A stretch of DNA of 43,552 nt from a virus. Its lineage: Duplodnaviria; Caudoviricetes. Position 1 is the stretch's first letter. Each line of letters opens with the position of its first letter. The notes beneath the pieces were generated by a model that was not told the origin of the DNA, ran no database searches, and was given only the letters and a program-made list of their open reading frames with translations. The stretch covers positions 1 through 43,552 of the IMG/VR virus record IMGVR_UViG_3300037419_000730; one strand, given 5' to 3'. The translations under genes and the position numbers were made by a program. Below, in pieces: positions 25,443-34,475 of the stretch.

Positions 25443-27527
25443 TCATGCGGGCCCCACTTTGCCGTCCGCAATGCGCACGCGACCCGCCGCAACGAGCCCT
25501 TCCAGCGCCCGATGGGCCCTGAAATTGCGCCGATCCCGCTTGCCATCGTTCGGGTCGTGGGGCATCTGCGCGCACACTGAAGTAAGCAGATCGTTGACAT
25601 GCACGAGCTCCGAGCCGAGCCCGATCAGCTCCTCCAGCTGCATCATCACGAGCCGCTCGACAGCCCCCTTCGGCCCCTGCTGCGCGGCCGCCGCGATGGC
25701 CCTGACGGACGTTCCGTCCGTGTGCTCAACAACGCAGCTGGTGACCTCCTCGCCGTCCTCGTCGAACCCCACCATCACGGTCTCCAGCCGGAAACCGAAT
25801 TCCGTGCCGTCGTCGCCGTCCTTCATCTTGGTGACGGCCAAGCTGCGCTCGTTGTCCGCGCGCACCACCTCCAGCTCCACATCGGCCGCGGCGCGCAGCC
25901 CCGACCAGCCGCGCGCCCCGCGCGAGGCGTCCTTGCCCGAGTGGTGCACGAGCATCACGAGAGCGCCGGTGGCGCGGTGGATCCCGCGGCAGTGCGCCAG
26001 CGCGCGGCCCACGTCTTCGCCCGCGTTCTCGTTCGCCCCGGGCATCACCTGGGCGAAGGTGTCCACGATCACCAGCTGCGCCCCACCGGCCACGACGATG
26101 GCCCGCGCGATGTCCAGCGCATCGCTCTTTTCCATCAGGTTCGGCGCGTCTGCCAGCACCGTGATGGGCACCTGCTCGAGCTGCAGCTGGCGGTGCTGGG
26201 CGATGGCCTTCAGGCGATTGCGAAAGCCCCCAGCGCCTTCGGCGGCGATGTAGGCCACCCTGCCCTGTCGCACCAGCCGGCCGCGCCACAGCGAGCCTGT
26301 GGCCACCGCCACGGCCATGTCCAGCGCGGCGAAGGTCTTGCCCGAGCCCGATTCACCGAACAGCACCGCCAGCTGCGCAGCCGGCAGCACGCCTTTGACC
26401 ATCCAGGCCGGCGGCGTGCCTACCGCGAACTCGTGGGCGGGGATGAATCGAAAACGCGCTGCAGGTGCTTCCACATCGGGAGAAGAATTTCCTGCTCCAC
26501 CGACTGCTGCAGCTTCGCCATTCGCTGCTGTTGTCGCAGCCGGGCGGCCGCGATCTTGCTCGCCGATGGCTTCGAACTCTCCTGCCAGATCGGGGGCTGA
26601 GTATTCGATTGCATCGAGAAACTCCTGGTCGCTGCGGTGCTCGCAGTGGGCGTGCAGGCACTGGAAGTGCCCGTTGACGTAGCCGCCCGTGTGGGCGGGG
26701 AAATAGGTCGTGGCGCTGTCGCCCGAGTCGCTGGTGTGCTCGGCCTCGAAGGGGCACACGATGTGCATGCGCCCGTCGCGCTCGGTGCGCTTGACGCGAT
26801 CGATCGACAGCAGGAACTGCGCGACCGGGTCGTCGATGATCGCGCCGGTGAGCTTCTCGCCCTTCACGCTCGCGGTGGATCTGGCCGCTTCCTCGAGGCC
26901 GAAGGCTTCGACCAGGCGCGCCCACACTTCCTCGAATAGCGCGGGTGCGATGCGGGGGAGCGCGTCGGGCAGCTCGCCGCCGTCCCACTGATAGCGCACG
27001 CCCGAGGGATGAGTGCCCACCGCGATGAATTGCTGGCCAGTGGCCAGGAACTCCACGATGCCGTGCGCGGTCTTGAACTTGCGCTTCGTGAACTCGCCGG
27101 GCATCTCGAAGGCCAGCAGGAAATTCGCGGCGTTGCTGCGCGAGCGCCACGGCGCGTAGCCCCAGTGATCGTGCAGGAACTCGTGGATGCGCTGCGCGAG
27201 CTCCACGTCGCTCACGTCGACGTCGATCGCGCGCACGCGCCGTGTCTGCAGGCAGATGCCGTAGTCGCGTTCGCGCGACCAGCGGGCGAGCTCGTCGGCG
27301 CTGGCGTGGTGCTGGGTCCAGGCCGGGAAGCCCGCCACGTGCCGCCGTGAGTTGTAGACGCTGGGCGTCTTGCCCAGGTCCTTCATCTTCGAGTCGGGCG
27401 AGATGACAGCCTTGGGGTTGGACACCACCGGCAGCAGATCCTCGGTCAGCCCGAGCACCAGGTCGAAGTGCGCCCAATCGTCGCCCGTGGCGCCGTATGC
27501 AGTGGGGTGTTGGAGGATGGCTGCCAT
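25443..27527 (-). CDS. Primase-polymerase/helicase fusion (prim-pol plus RepA/AAA_25-like ATPase)
   Basis: AIDVD prim-pol motif, CPF..H/FQCLHAHC Zn motif, GESGSGKT, VIVDT, LVHHSGK..RGWSGL. Confidence 0.88.
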   Translation of the reverse strand: MAAILQHPTAYGATGDDWAHFDLVLGLTEDLLPVVSNPKAVISPDSKMKDLGKTPSVYNSRRHVAGFPAWTQHHASADELARWSRERDYGICLQTRRVRAIDVDVSDVELAQRIHEFLHDHWGYAPWRSRSNAANFLLAFEMPGEFTKRKFKTAHGIVEFLATGQQFIAVGTHPSGVRYQWDGGELPDALPRIAPALFEEVWARLVEAFGLEEAARSTASVKGEKLTGAIIDDPVAQFLLSIDRVKRTERDGRMHIVCPFEAEHTSDSGDSATTYFPAHTGGYVNGHFQCLHAHCEHRSDQEFLDAIEYSAPDLAGEFEAIGEQDRGRPAATTAANGEAAAVGGAGNSSPDVEAPAARFRFIPAHEFAVGTPPAWMVKGVLPAAQLAVLFGESGSGKTFAALDMAVAVATGSLWRGRLVRQGRVAYIAAEGAGGFRNRLKAIAQHRQLQLEQVPITVLADAPNLMEKSDALDIARAIVVAGGAQLVIVDTFAQVMPGANENAGEDVGRALAHCRGIHRATGALVMLVHHSGKDASRGARGWSGLRAAADVELEVVRADNERSLAVTKMKDGDDGTEFGFRLETVMVGFDEDGEEVTSCVVEHTDGTSVRAIAAAAQQGPKGAVERLVMMQLEELIGLGSELVHVNDLLTSVCAQMPHDPNDGKRDRRNFRAHRALEGLVAAGRVRIADGKVGPA

Positions 27528-29050
27528 CAGGCGGCGACTTTCAGCGCCCCACGCGCGGTGTAGTTCGCTCCGACGATGGCTGCAGCCAAGGGCGGGCACA
27601 CACTGTTGCCACACATGCGCACTTGTGCCTTTTTCGTCAGTGGCTTGCCATCCGCACCGCGGTCGATGATGTAGCTCTCAGGAAAGCCTTGGGCCCTGTA
27701 CAGCTCACGCGGGCCGAGCATGCGCATGCCGATTTCGACGATGGCGTAGGGCTCGCCGCGGACCGTGACCAGCCCGAAGCGGTCCAGCGTCGTGACCGTG
27801 TGCAGCGGCTCCTCCAGGCGGGGGTCCTGGTCGGCGCCGTAGTACTTTATGAGGAAGGCGCGCACCTCGCCGTGGTGTTGGCCTTGGGCGCTGATCGTGT
27901 GCAGCGGCTCGCCGGCTGCGCTACCGACGTTCTCGCCGCGCAGCTTCACCATGTGGCTGGCGACAAGGCTGTGGTGGTCCACGCTGGTGACCGTGCCGAT
28001 CGCGTCGCGCAGGTCACTGCCCACCACGCCGCCGTAGTGCTTCGCGAGGAAGGCAGTGACCAGCCCGTGATGGCGGCCCTGCGCGGTGATCGTGCCTAGG
28101 GGCTTCTCCACGCCCGGCACACGCGGATGCTGACCCGGCCTTTCGCCGTGACCCATCGAGATCAACGTCGGCACGACAAGCACGGAGTCGGCCTTTGCAG
28201 TGACGGTCTGGAAGGGTTGCGACACGGCCCGCGCGGGGCTTTGACCCATGCGCCCACCCACCCCGACGATGAAAGGCTCGGCGGCCTGCACCACGTACCG
28301 CATGACGCCCTTGGCGATGCGCCGCAGCGTGGCTTCGGCCAGCGGCCGCGTGCGCTCGAAGATGCTGGGGCACGGCTGGTCCCAGTCGATGCAGTCGGCC
28401 GCCACGGGCCAAGGCTTCAGCTTCCCCGCGCGCACCGGCAGACTGCCCGGCGCGCCGTGCGTCGGTTCAGGCCACACGATCGGCTCGCCGTCGCATCGCG
28501 CCACCAGGAACAGCCGCTTGCGAATGGTGGGCGCCCCGTAGTCGCAGCCGCGCAACTCGCGATGCTCCACCGCATAGCCCATTTGCTCGAGGCTGCGCTT
28601 CCAGCGGCGGAAGGTCCGGCCCTTGCGCTTCGGGCACGGTCGGTTGTCCTCGCCCAGCGGCCCCCACGTCTGGAACTCCTCGACGTTTTCCAGGCAGATG
28701 ACGCGCGGGCGCACCGCGCGCGCCCATTTCACGACAACCCACGCGAGGCTGCGGATCTTCTTGGACACGGGCTTGCCGCCCTTGGCTTTCGAGAAGTGCT
28801 TGCAGTCGGGGCTCGCCCACAGCAGGCCAACGTTGAACCCCGCCACCGCCACGGCCGGGTCCACCTCGAAAACGTCGCAGATGTAGTGCGTCGTCAGGGG
28901 GTGGTTGGCCTGGTGCAGCGCGACAGCCTCGGGGTCGTGGTTGATCGCGATGTCCACGTGCCGGCCGGTCATCTCGATGCCGGTCGATGCCCCTCCACCA
29001 CCCGCGAACAGGTCCACGATGATCTCGTTGTCGTAAGGCGTTCGTGTCAT
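27527..29050 (-). CDS. C5 cytosine DNA methyltransferase
   Basis: DLFAGGGG, SPDC, ENV, RKRLF, QGFP and GNSV motifs. Confidence 0.93.
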   Translation of the reverse strand: MTRTPYDNEIIVDLFAGGGGASTGIEMTGRHVDIAINHDPEAVALHQANHPLTTHYICDVFEVDPAVAVAGFNVGLLWASPDCKHFSKAKGGKPVSKKIRSLAWVVVKWARAVRPRVICLENVEEFQTWGPLGEDNRPCPKRKGRTFRRWKRSLEQMGYAVEHRELRGCDYGAPTIRKRLFLVARCDGEPIVWPEPTHGAPGSLPVRAGKLKPWPVAADCIDWDQPCPSIFERTRPLAEATLRRIAKGVMRYVVQAAEPFIVGVGGRMGQSPARAVSQPFQTVTAKADSVLVVPTLISMGHGERPGQHPRVPGVEKPLGTITAQGRHHGLVTAFLAKHYGGVVGSDLRDAIGTVTSVDHHSLVASHMVKLRGENVGSAAGEPLHTISAQGQHHGEVRAFLIKYYGADQDPRLEEPLHTVTTLDRFGLVTVRGEPYAIVEIGMRMLGPRELYRAQGFPESYIIDRGADGKPLTKKAQVRMCGNSVCPPLAAAIVGANYTARGALKVAA

Positions 29051-29089
29051 AGCTCGACCTTGTTGCTCTGCAGCAGATCACCGGGCGCT

Positions 29090-29114
29090 AAAAAAGCCAG
29101 CTCGCGGCTGGCTT
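29090..29114 (-). terminator. Intrinsic terminator downstream of cII
   Basis: AAGCCAGC-CGCGA-GCTGGCTT stem followed by a T run on the minus strand. Confidence 0.65.
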
Positions 29115-29135
29115 CCTTCATCTGTGTGGCGTGTT

Positions 29136-29441
29136 TCACTGCACGTCACCCCAATCGAGCTTCGGGGCCTGCTGGCGGATGCCCAGCTCCGCGAGCGTCT
29201 TGAGCGCTTCCACGTACTCCGGGTTGAAGCACTGCACCCCGACAGGGACCACTTTCAGACCGCAATGCGCGAGCAGCGCGGTGGCCTGGGAGATCGCACC
29301 GTCCTTCATGCGCGAGACAGTCGATTCGTTCACGCCCATTCCCAACGCCACGGTGCTTTGCCCGGTGGCTGCAAGGGCCTGCAAGACCACTTGCTCGTTC
29401 TTGCGTGCCCTTTCGATGGGCGACAGAGAGACTGTGGACAT
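29136..29441 (-). CDS. cII: CII-like transcriptional regulator
   Basis: ERARKNEQ..GQSTVA..MGVNESTVSRMK resembles lambda CII; follows cro. Confidence 0.8.
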   Translation of the reverse strand: MSTVSLSPIERARKNEQVVLQALAATGQSTVALGMGVNESTVSRMKDGAISQATALLAHCGLKVVPVGVQCFNPEYVEALKTLAELGIRQQAPKLDWGDVQ

Positions 29442-29469
29442 GAACTCTTCCTTTCTTCTTTTCGCTGTT

Positions 29470-29727
29470 TCAGTTCGGGGGCGCGGGCGGCTCGTGCGCC
29501 TGCTCACGCAGCACATCCCAGGGGATGTCGGGGCGCAGCCGCTCGCAGCGCACGCCCGTTTCCCGCTCGATCGCGGGGCAGTTCTCGGCGGGCACACGCT
29601 TGCGGGCCTTCCACATGGAGACGGTGCTCTGGGCCACCCCGATGCGATCGGCAAAGACGGTGACCGTCGGGAATTTGGAGATCGCCTCATCAAGGGCGGT
29701 CATCGGGGAGTCAGGGACGTCAGCCAT
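29470..29727 (-). CDS. cro: Cro-like (YdaS-type) regulator
   Basis: FADRIGVAQSTVSMW..RVP..CPAIERETGVRCERLRPD. Confidence 0.85.
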   Translation of the reverse strand: MADVPDSPMTALDEAISKFPTVTVFADRIGVAQSTVSMWKARKRVPAENCPAIERETGVRCERLRPDIPWDVLREQAHEPPAPPN

Positions 29728-29739
29728 GGTTGAGACTCA

Positions 29740-29811
29740 AGAATATCGCGTTCGTGATTTTCACACAACCACCAACGCGTTACCAGCACATCCTCTAATC
29801 ACATCCGTGAA
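29740..29811. promoter_or_regulatory. OR-like control region: three operators plus divergent promoters
   Basis: ATCGCGTTCGTGAT 29745-58, degenerate site 29768-81, ATCACATCCGTGAA 29798-811; minus-strand TTGTGT-N17-TATTCT before cro. Confidence 0.7.
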
Positions 29812-30616
29812 AACCATTGGGGACCGGATCGCCTGGGCGAGGGGACAACGCAAGCTGACGCAGGCGCAGCTGGCCGCGCGTGTAGGTATTTCGCAGTCAG
29901 CGATCGGCAGCTACGAGGCCGGCCACCGCGGAAAACCCCGCGAGTTGCTCAGCGTCGCCCGAGCGCTCGAAGTGAACCCGATGTGGCTCGAAACGGGCGA
30001 AGGTCGATGGGATGCTCTGCCGCGGTTCTACGAGAACGTCGGGGCCTCCGCAACGAAAGAACACGAGTCCGACTACGACGAACGCCCGATGTTCTCGCGC
30101 GCAAAAGAACCCACCCCGCCGGCCTATCCCTCCATGCAGCCGATCCTCGCCTGGGAACATGAGGAGGACCTCCCCGAGGGCGAGTTCGTCATGGTGCCGC
30201 GGCTGGAGGTGCACCTGTCGGCCGGCGCGGGCATGGGGCGCAACCAGGTCGAGATCGAATTCAACGAGCAGCAGCCCCAGGCGTTCCGCGCCGAGTGGGT
30301 GCGCCAGCAGCACCTGCGGCCCCGCAAGCTCGCGGCCATGACCGCTCGCGGCAACAGCATGGAGCCGACGATCCACGACAGCGACAGCCTGCTGGTCGAC
30401 ACGTCGCAAACCGAGGTGATCGACGGCAAGGTCTACGCCCTGTGGTACGAGGGCGGCGAGCGCGTCAAGCGGCTGTATCGCATGCCCGGTGGCGGATTGC
30501 GCATTCGATCGGACAATGCGTCCGAGCACCCCGAGATCGTGCTGGGCGCCGACTACGCCGGCCATGTGCGCATCATCGGGCGGGTGGTTCATCGAAGTGG
30601 GACAGGAGGGCTCTGA
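29807..30616 (+). CDS. cI: CI-like repressor (XRE HTH plus S24 peptidase), probably leaderless GTG start
   Basis: LTQAQLAARVGISQSAIGSYE HTH; SAG cleavage site, GNSMEP and VKRL. Confidence 0.92.
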   Translation: MKTIGDRIAWARGQRKLTQAQLAARVGISQSAIGSYEAGHRGKPRELLSVARALEVNPMWLETGEGRWDALPRFYENVGASATKEHESDYDERPMFSRAKEPTPPAYPSMQPILAWEHEEDLPEGEFVMVPRLEVHLSAGAGMGRNQVEIEFNEQQPQAFRAEWVRQQHLRPRKLAAMTARGNSMEPTIHDSDSLLVDTSQTEVIDGKVYALWYEGGERVKRLYRMPGGGLRIRSDNASEHPEIVLGADYAGHVRIIGRVVHRSGTGGL

Positions 30617-31122
30617 TGCTTAAGTACATCGTGATGGTGGGGGCAGCTGCCATGCTGCAGGGCTGCCTTGTTTTCATTCCGGGCAGCGTCGTCGGCGCCG
30701 CAACCGACTCGATCACGGGCAACACTGGCCAGAACTGCGTGGCCGGCTACATCAGGGTGGGCGACAAGATTCGCCTCACCGATGGGCGTGTCGCCGTCGT
30801 CGAGAAGTTGGAGGGCACCACCTCGAGGTGCAGTGATCCGAGTTTTCCCGTCCGCGCGTTGCTCAAATTCACCCCACCCACTCCGACGCCCCCGAGCACT
30901 CCGCCAGTAGCGCGCGGCGAACCCCGCGTGATCGCGGACAGCGAGGTCGCATTAGGCGACAAGCTGTCCGACGACGAATACTGCGCCGTTGACCGCTTGC
31001 GCGTCGGCGACAGGATCCGGCTTCGCGACGGCAAAGCAGCGACGGTGACGATCGCACTTGGCGCGTCGAGTCGTTGCTTGCAGCCCAGCTATCCCGCCCT
31101 GATTCGCGTGTCGACGGACTGA
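30616..31122 (+). CDS. Lipoprotein with a duplicated Cys-flanked domain, coupled to cI
   Basis: AGGAGG RBS, TGATG coupling, lipobox LQGC. Confidence 0.75.
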   Translation: MLKYIVMVGAAAMLQGCLVFIPGSVVGAATDSITGNTGQNCVAGYIRVGDKIRLTDGRVAVVEKLEGTTSRCSDPSFPVRALLKFTPPTPTPPSTPPVARGEPRVIADSEVALGDKLSDDEYCAVDRLRVGDRIRLRDGKAATVTIALGASSRCLQPSYPALIRVSTD

Positions 31123-31164
31123 TCCTGCGCGTCCACACACGGCGACTACTTACGTGATTAGGTA

Positions 31165-31224
31165 ATCGCGAACGCGATCAATTTATCGCGTTCGTATTGA
31201 CGCGCTAATCACATTCGCGATAAT
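31165..31224 (+). promoter_or_regulatory. OL/PL-like region: three operators overlapping TTGACG-N16-GATAAT
   Basis: ATCGCGAACGCGAT 31165-78, ATCGCGTTCGTATT 31185-98, ATCACATTCGCGAT 31208-21. Confidence 0.78.
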
Positions 31225-31268
31225 CGAGCCTCAACAGCGCACGGTGCGCTGCACTGCTGAGGACCTCG

Positions 31269-31754
31269 ATGACCACCCTGACCCTTTCGCTCGATCTGGC
31301 CGACACGTCCGGCATCGAGCTCGCCATCCACAACCTGACCCTGCTGCTGGGGAAAGGCCCCCAGTCGAGTGCGCCGGCCCGCGAGGCTGTGTCTGGCCAG
31401 CGTACTGTGCCGGCTGGCGCTGCGCGTGGCGTGACGGCCGGCGCGAGCACCCCCGCTGCTCAGTCTGCCGCGGCCCAGTCGCAAGCCTCGACTGCTGCGA
31501 CGGGTGAGCAGGGAAACGACACGCCGGCTGGCCAGCCTGCAGCTGCCTCGACTGCTTCTTCGACGAAGCTCGACGCCGCAGCCGCGCCCACCTTCGATGA
31601 GGTGAAGAAGGCGTTCCTGGCGCTGAGCACGAAGCCCAACGGCCGCGCGCTGTGCGAGGGCGTGCTCAAGCCCTTCGCGCTGGCCAAGCTGACCGAGGCC
31701 AAGGTCGAGCAGTACGGCGCGCTGAAGGCGGCCATCGACAAGGCGGCGACGTGA
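31269..31754 (+). CDS. Hypothetical early protein
   Basis: GAGGA RBS; first gene after PL. Confidence 0.75.
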   Translation: MTTLTLSLDLADTSGIELAIHNLTLLLGKGPQSSAPAREAVSGQRTVPAGAARGVTAGASTPAAQSAAAQSQASTAATGEQGNDTPAGQPAAASTASSTKLDAAAAPTFDEVKKAFLALSTKPNGRALCEGVLKPFALAKLTEAKVEQYGALKAAIDKAAT

Positions 31755-31867
31755 TCTGGGCCGCGCTGTTTGCGGTGGTCGTCGTGGTCGGGCTCTATAT
31801 CCTGCTCGACGCCATCGCCGACCGCGCCCTGGTCAACGACTTCGACGAGGAAGGCCATGCCCAGTAA
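31751..31867 (+). CDS. Small membrane peptide (38 aa)
   Basis: GTGA coupling; hydrophobic IWAALFAVVVVVGLYILL. Confidence 0.5.
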   Translation: MIWAALFAVVVVVGLYILLDAIADRALVNDFDEEGHAQ

Positions 31868-33161
31868 GCACGCCGTCTTCAGCCCCTCGGGCTTCAAGGC
31901 CCTGATGCTGTGCCCGGCCAAGCCCGCCATGGAGCGCGGCCTGCCGGACACGAGCAGCGACTACGCCGACGAGGGTACGGCGGCGCACTTCCTGGCGTCG
32001 TACTGCCTCGAGCTGGGTGGCGAGCCGCCCGACTACATCGGGCAAGAAATCTTCGTGGGCACCGAAGGCGAAACAACCTTCGACCCGCTCCCGTTGAATC
32101 GTTGCCGCGTGTTCACCGTCGACACCGACATGGCCGACGCCGTGCAGACGTACATCGACACGGTGCGCGACTACCAGGGCCCCGATGGCGAGCTGCTCGT
32201 CGAGCAGGCCCTGCCCATCGGCCACATTACCGGCGAGGAAGACGCCGAGGGCACCGGCGACACCGTGATCCTGCGCGGCGACGAGATCATCGTCAGCGAC
32301 CTGAAATTCGGCCGCGGCGTCGAGGTGTCTGCCGTCGACAACCCGCAGTTGATGTTGTACGGCCTGGGCGCGCTGGAGAAGTTCGGCCTGATGGGCGACT
32401 TCAAGCGCGTGCGCATGGTGATCTCGCAGCCGCGCATCACCGCAGCGCCCAGTGAGTTCGTGATGGACGTGGCCACGCTCGTCGAGTGGGGCAAGGAAAT
32501 CGCGATGCCGGCCGCACACCGCGCCGCGGCGATCATGACCGGCAATCTTGTCGAAGAAGGGTTCGAACCGTACGAGCGGGCTACACCCCACCCCGACGCC
32601 TGCCGCTTCTGCAAAGCCAAAGGCACCTGCCCCGCGCTCGCCGCCAGCGTCGAATCCGCGCTGCAGGCCGAGTTCACCGACCTGACGACGAAGGACGCGA
32701 CGGCGCAATTGCAGATCGTCGAGCAGCTGGTGCAGCGCGTCACGCCCGACAACCTGGGCGCGAAGATGGACTCGGTCGAACTGGTGGAGATGTGGTGCAA
32801 GGCCATTCGCGCGCGCTGCGAATCGGTGCTGCTCGCCGGCGGCACCGTGGCGGGCTACAAACTCGTGGCCGGCAAGCGAGGCAACCGCGCATGGGCCGAC
32901 GAGGCCGAGGCCGAGAAGACGCTCAAGTCGTTCCGCTTCAAGAAGGAGCAGATGTACGACCTGAAGCTGATCTCGCCCACCTCGGCCGAGAAGCTGCTCA
33001 AGGCCGCCCCCAAGCGCTGGGCCAAGGTCACGCCGCTGATCAAGCAGGGCGAAGGCAAACCCAGCGTCGCGCCCGTATCCGACACCCGGCCCGCCCTCGA
33101 GGTGAAGCCGATCGAGTCGGAGTTCACCGCCATCGCCGACACCGCGGAGGACCTGGTGTGA
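31857..33161 (+). CDS. DUF2800 Cas4-like PD-(D/E)xK exonuclease
   Basis: HAVFSPS..C, EGTAAH, GTGD..DLKFG, NPQLMLY and CRFCKAKGTC. Confidence 0.88.
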   Translation: MPSKHAVFSPSGFKALMLCPAKPAMERGLPDTSSDYADEGTAAHFLASYCLELGGEPPDYIGQEIFVGTEGETTFDPLPLNRCRVFTVDTDMADAVQTYIDTVRDYQGPDGELLVEQALPIGHITGEEDAEGTGDTVILRGDEIIVSDLKFGRGVEVSAVDNPQLMLYGLGALEKFGLMGDFKRVRMVISQPRITAAPSEFVMDVATLVEWGKEIAMPAAHRAAAIMTGNLVEEGFEPYERATPHPDACRFCKAKGTCPALAASVESALQAEFTDLTTKDATAQLQIVEQLVQRVTPDNLGAKMDSVELVEMWCKAIRARCESVLLAGGTVAGYKLVAGKRGNRAWADEAEAEKTLKSFRFKKEQMYDLKLISPTSAEKLLKAAPKRWAKVTPLIKQGEGKPSVAPVSDTRPALEVKPIESEFTAIADTAEDLV

Positions 33162-33364
33162 ACGCCCCCGAGCGTCACCTGCACATCGACGAGCGCCCGC
33201 CGTTCGTCGCCCACCCCTGCAACCAGCTCCCGCCTGCCGCGCGCGACCTGCTCGTGATCGCGTCGCAGGTGCCCGACCCGCACGAGCGCCGCCTGGCGAT
33301 CGACCACGCCATCGACCGCGTGAAGGCGCGCTTCCCCGAATTTTTCCGCCCAACCCAGGAGTAA
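33158..33364 (+). CDS. Hypothetical protein
   Basis: GGAGG RBS, GTGA coupling, fills the gap. Confidence 0.6.
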   Translation: MNAPERHLHIDERPPFVAHPCNQLPPAARDLLVIASQVPDPHERRLAIDHAIDRVKARFPEFFRPTQE

Positions 33365-33367
33365 TCC

Positions 33368-33928
33368 ATGCCTATTGCCAAGATCGAAAACGTTCGCATC
33401 TCGTTCCCCAACCTGTTCGAAGCCAAGGCCATCAACGGCGAGGGCGAGCCGCGGTTCTCCTCCGCGTTCGTCATCGTGCCCGGCAGCGCCGCCAATGCCG
33501 CGCTCGCCGCCGCGATGGAGGTTGTGGCCAAGGAGAAGTGGGGCGCCAAGGCCCACGGCATCCTGGCCGAACTGAAGGCCAAGGGCCGCGTGGCGTTCAA
33601 GGAAGCGCCGCTGTCCAAGGACGGCGAGGTGTACGACGGCTTCGAAGGCATGTTCTCGCTCAACGCGAGCAGCCCCACCCGCGTGGCCGTGATCGACCGC
33701 GACACCACGCCGCTCACGTCCGCCGACGGCAAGCCCTACGGCGGCTGCTACGTCGATGCGAGTGTGGACATCTGGGCCCAGGACAACAGTTGGGGCAAGC
33801 GCATCAACGCCAAGCTGCGCTGGGTGCAGTTCCGCGGCGACGGCGACGCCTTCTCGGGCGGCGCGCCGGTCTCGCAGGACGAGTTTCAGGCGATCAGCGA
33901 AGGTGCGGCGGCCGAGGGCCTGGTGTGA
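33368..33928 (+). CDS. DUF2815 single-stranded DNA-binding protein
   Basis: VRISFPNLF, YGGCYV and VQFRGDGDAFSGG; acidic tail. Confidence 0.88.
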   Translation: MPIAKIENVRISFPNLFEAKAINGEGEPRFSSAFVIVPGSAANAALAAAMEVVAKEKWGAKAHGILAELKAKGRVAFKEAPLSKDGEVYDGFEGMFSLNASSPTRVAVIDRDTTPLTSADGKPYGGCYVDASVDIWAQDNSWGKRINAKLRWVQFRGDGDAFSGGAPVSQDEFQAISEGAAAEGLV

Positions 33929-34125
33929 GCGCCATCGACGATCTGCGCGCGGCCGTGCTCGCGGGCGAGGCCAATGACCTCGCCTCGCGCGCTGCCATCG
34001 AGCTGGCGGACCAGATCGCCGCGCTAAACGCGGCGGTCTTCCCGCCAGCCCCGCCGGCCACCGACCCGGCCGTCATCGCGGCCCAGCCCATCACTGTCGA
34101 CAAGCCGCAGCTGGTGGGGAACTGA
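33925..34125 (+). CDS. Hypothetical protein
   Basis: GTGA coupling, fills the gap. Confidence 0.55.
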   Translation: MSAIDDLRAAVLAGEANDLASRAAIELADQIAALNAAVFPPAPPATDPAVIAAQPITVDKPQLVGN

Positions 34126-34126
34126 C

Positions 34127-34321
34127 ATGGCGCTGATCGTGATCACCGTGCAGGACGTGGACGGCGAAGCCCAGGTGAGCGTGGCCACCGAGCCGGGCTT
34201 GCCCGCCCAACCGACACCCGATTTCCTGCTGCCGCCCGCACAGGCGGCCGCTCTCACCATGCTGCGCGCCCTCAGCGGTGAGATCAAGGAAGACCGAGGG
34301 CTGATTCAACTTCTGTCCTGA
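34127..34321 (+). CDS. Hypothetical protein
   Basis: In the operon, 64 aa. Confidence 0.6.
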   Translation: MALIVITVQDVDGEAQVSVATEPGLPAQPTPDFLLPPAQAAALTMLRALSGEIKEDRGLIQLLS

Positions 34322-34372
34322 TGCCGTCTAGCCCGCGTTCTTTCCGGACTTTTCTTCCGCGGGTTGGGCTTT

Positions 34373-34399
34373 CCTCGGGCTTCGGCCCGGGGTTTTCTT
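34373..34399 (+). terminator. Intrinsic terminator upstream of the polymerase gene
   Basis: CCTCGGGC-TTCG-GCCCGGGG-TTTTCTT (UUCG tetraloop plus U tract). Confidence 0.7.
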
Positions 34400-34475
34400 G
34401 AAGGCACTGCGTCGCGAGGTTCGTTCTGCCCTCTTCCCCTCTGCGAACACCGCGCGTAGTGCCTTCACGAAAACC

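Noticed and set aside
29525-29806. N-terminal extension of CI to 363 aa
   Set aside because: It overlaps cro and the operators; the HTH begins right after GTG 29807.
34398-34475. Upstream TTG start extending the polymerase to 712 aa
   Set aside because: It lies within the terminator and hairpin; the exonuclease motif begins right after ATG 34476.
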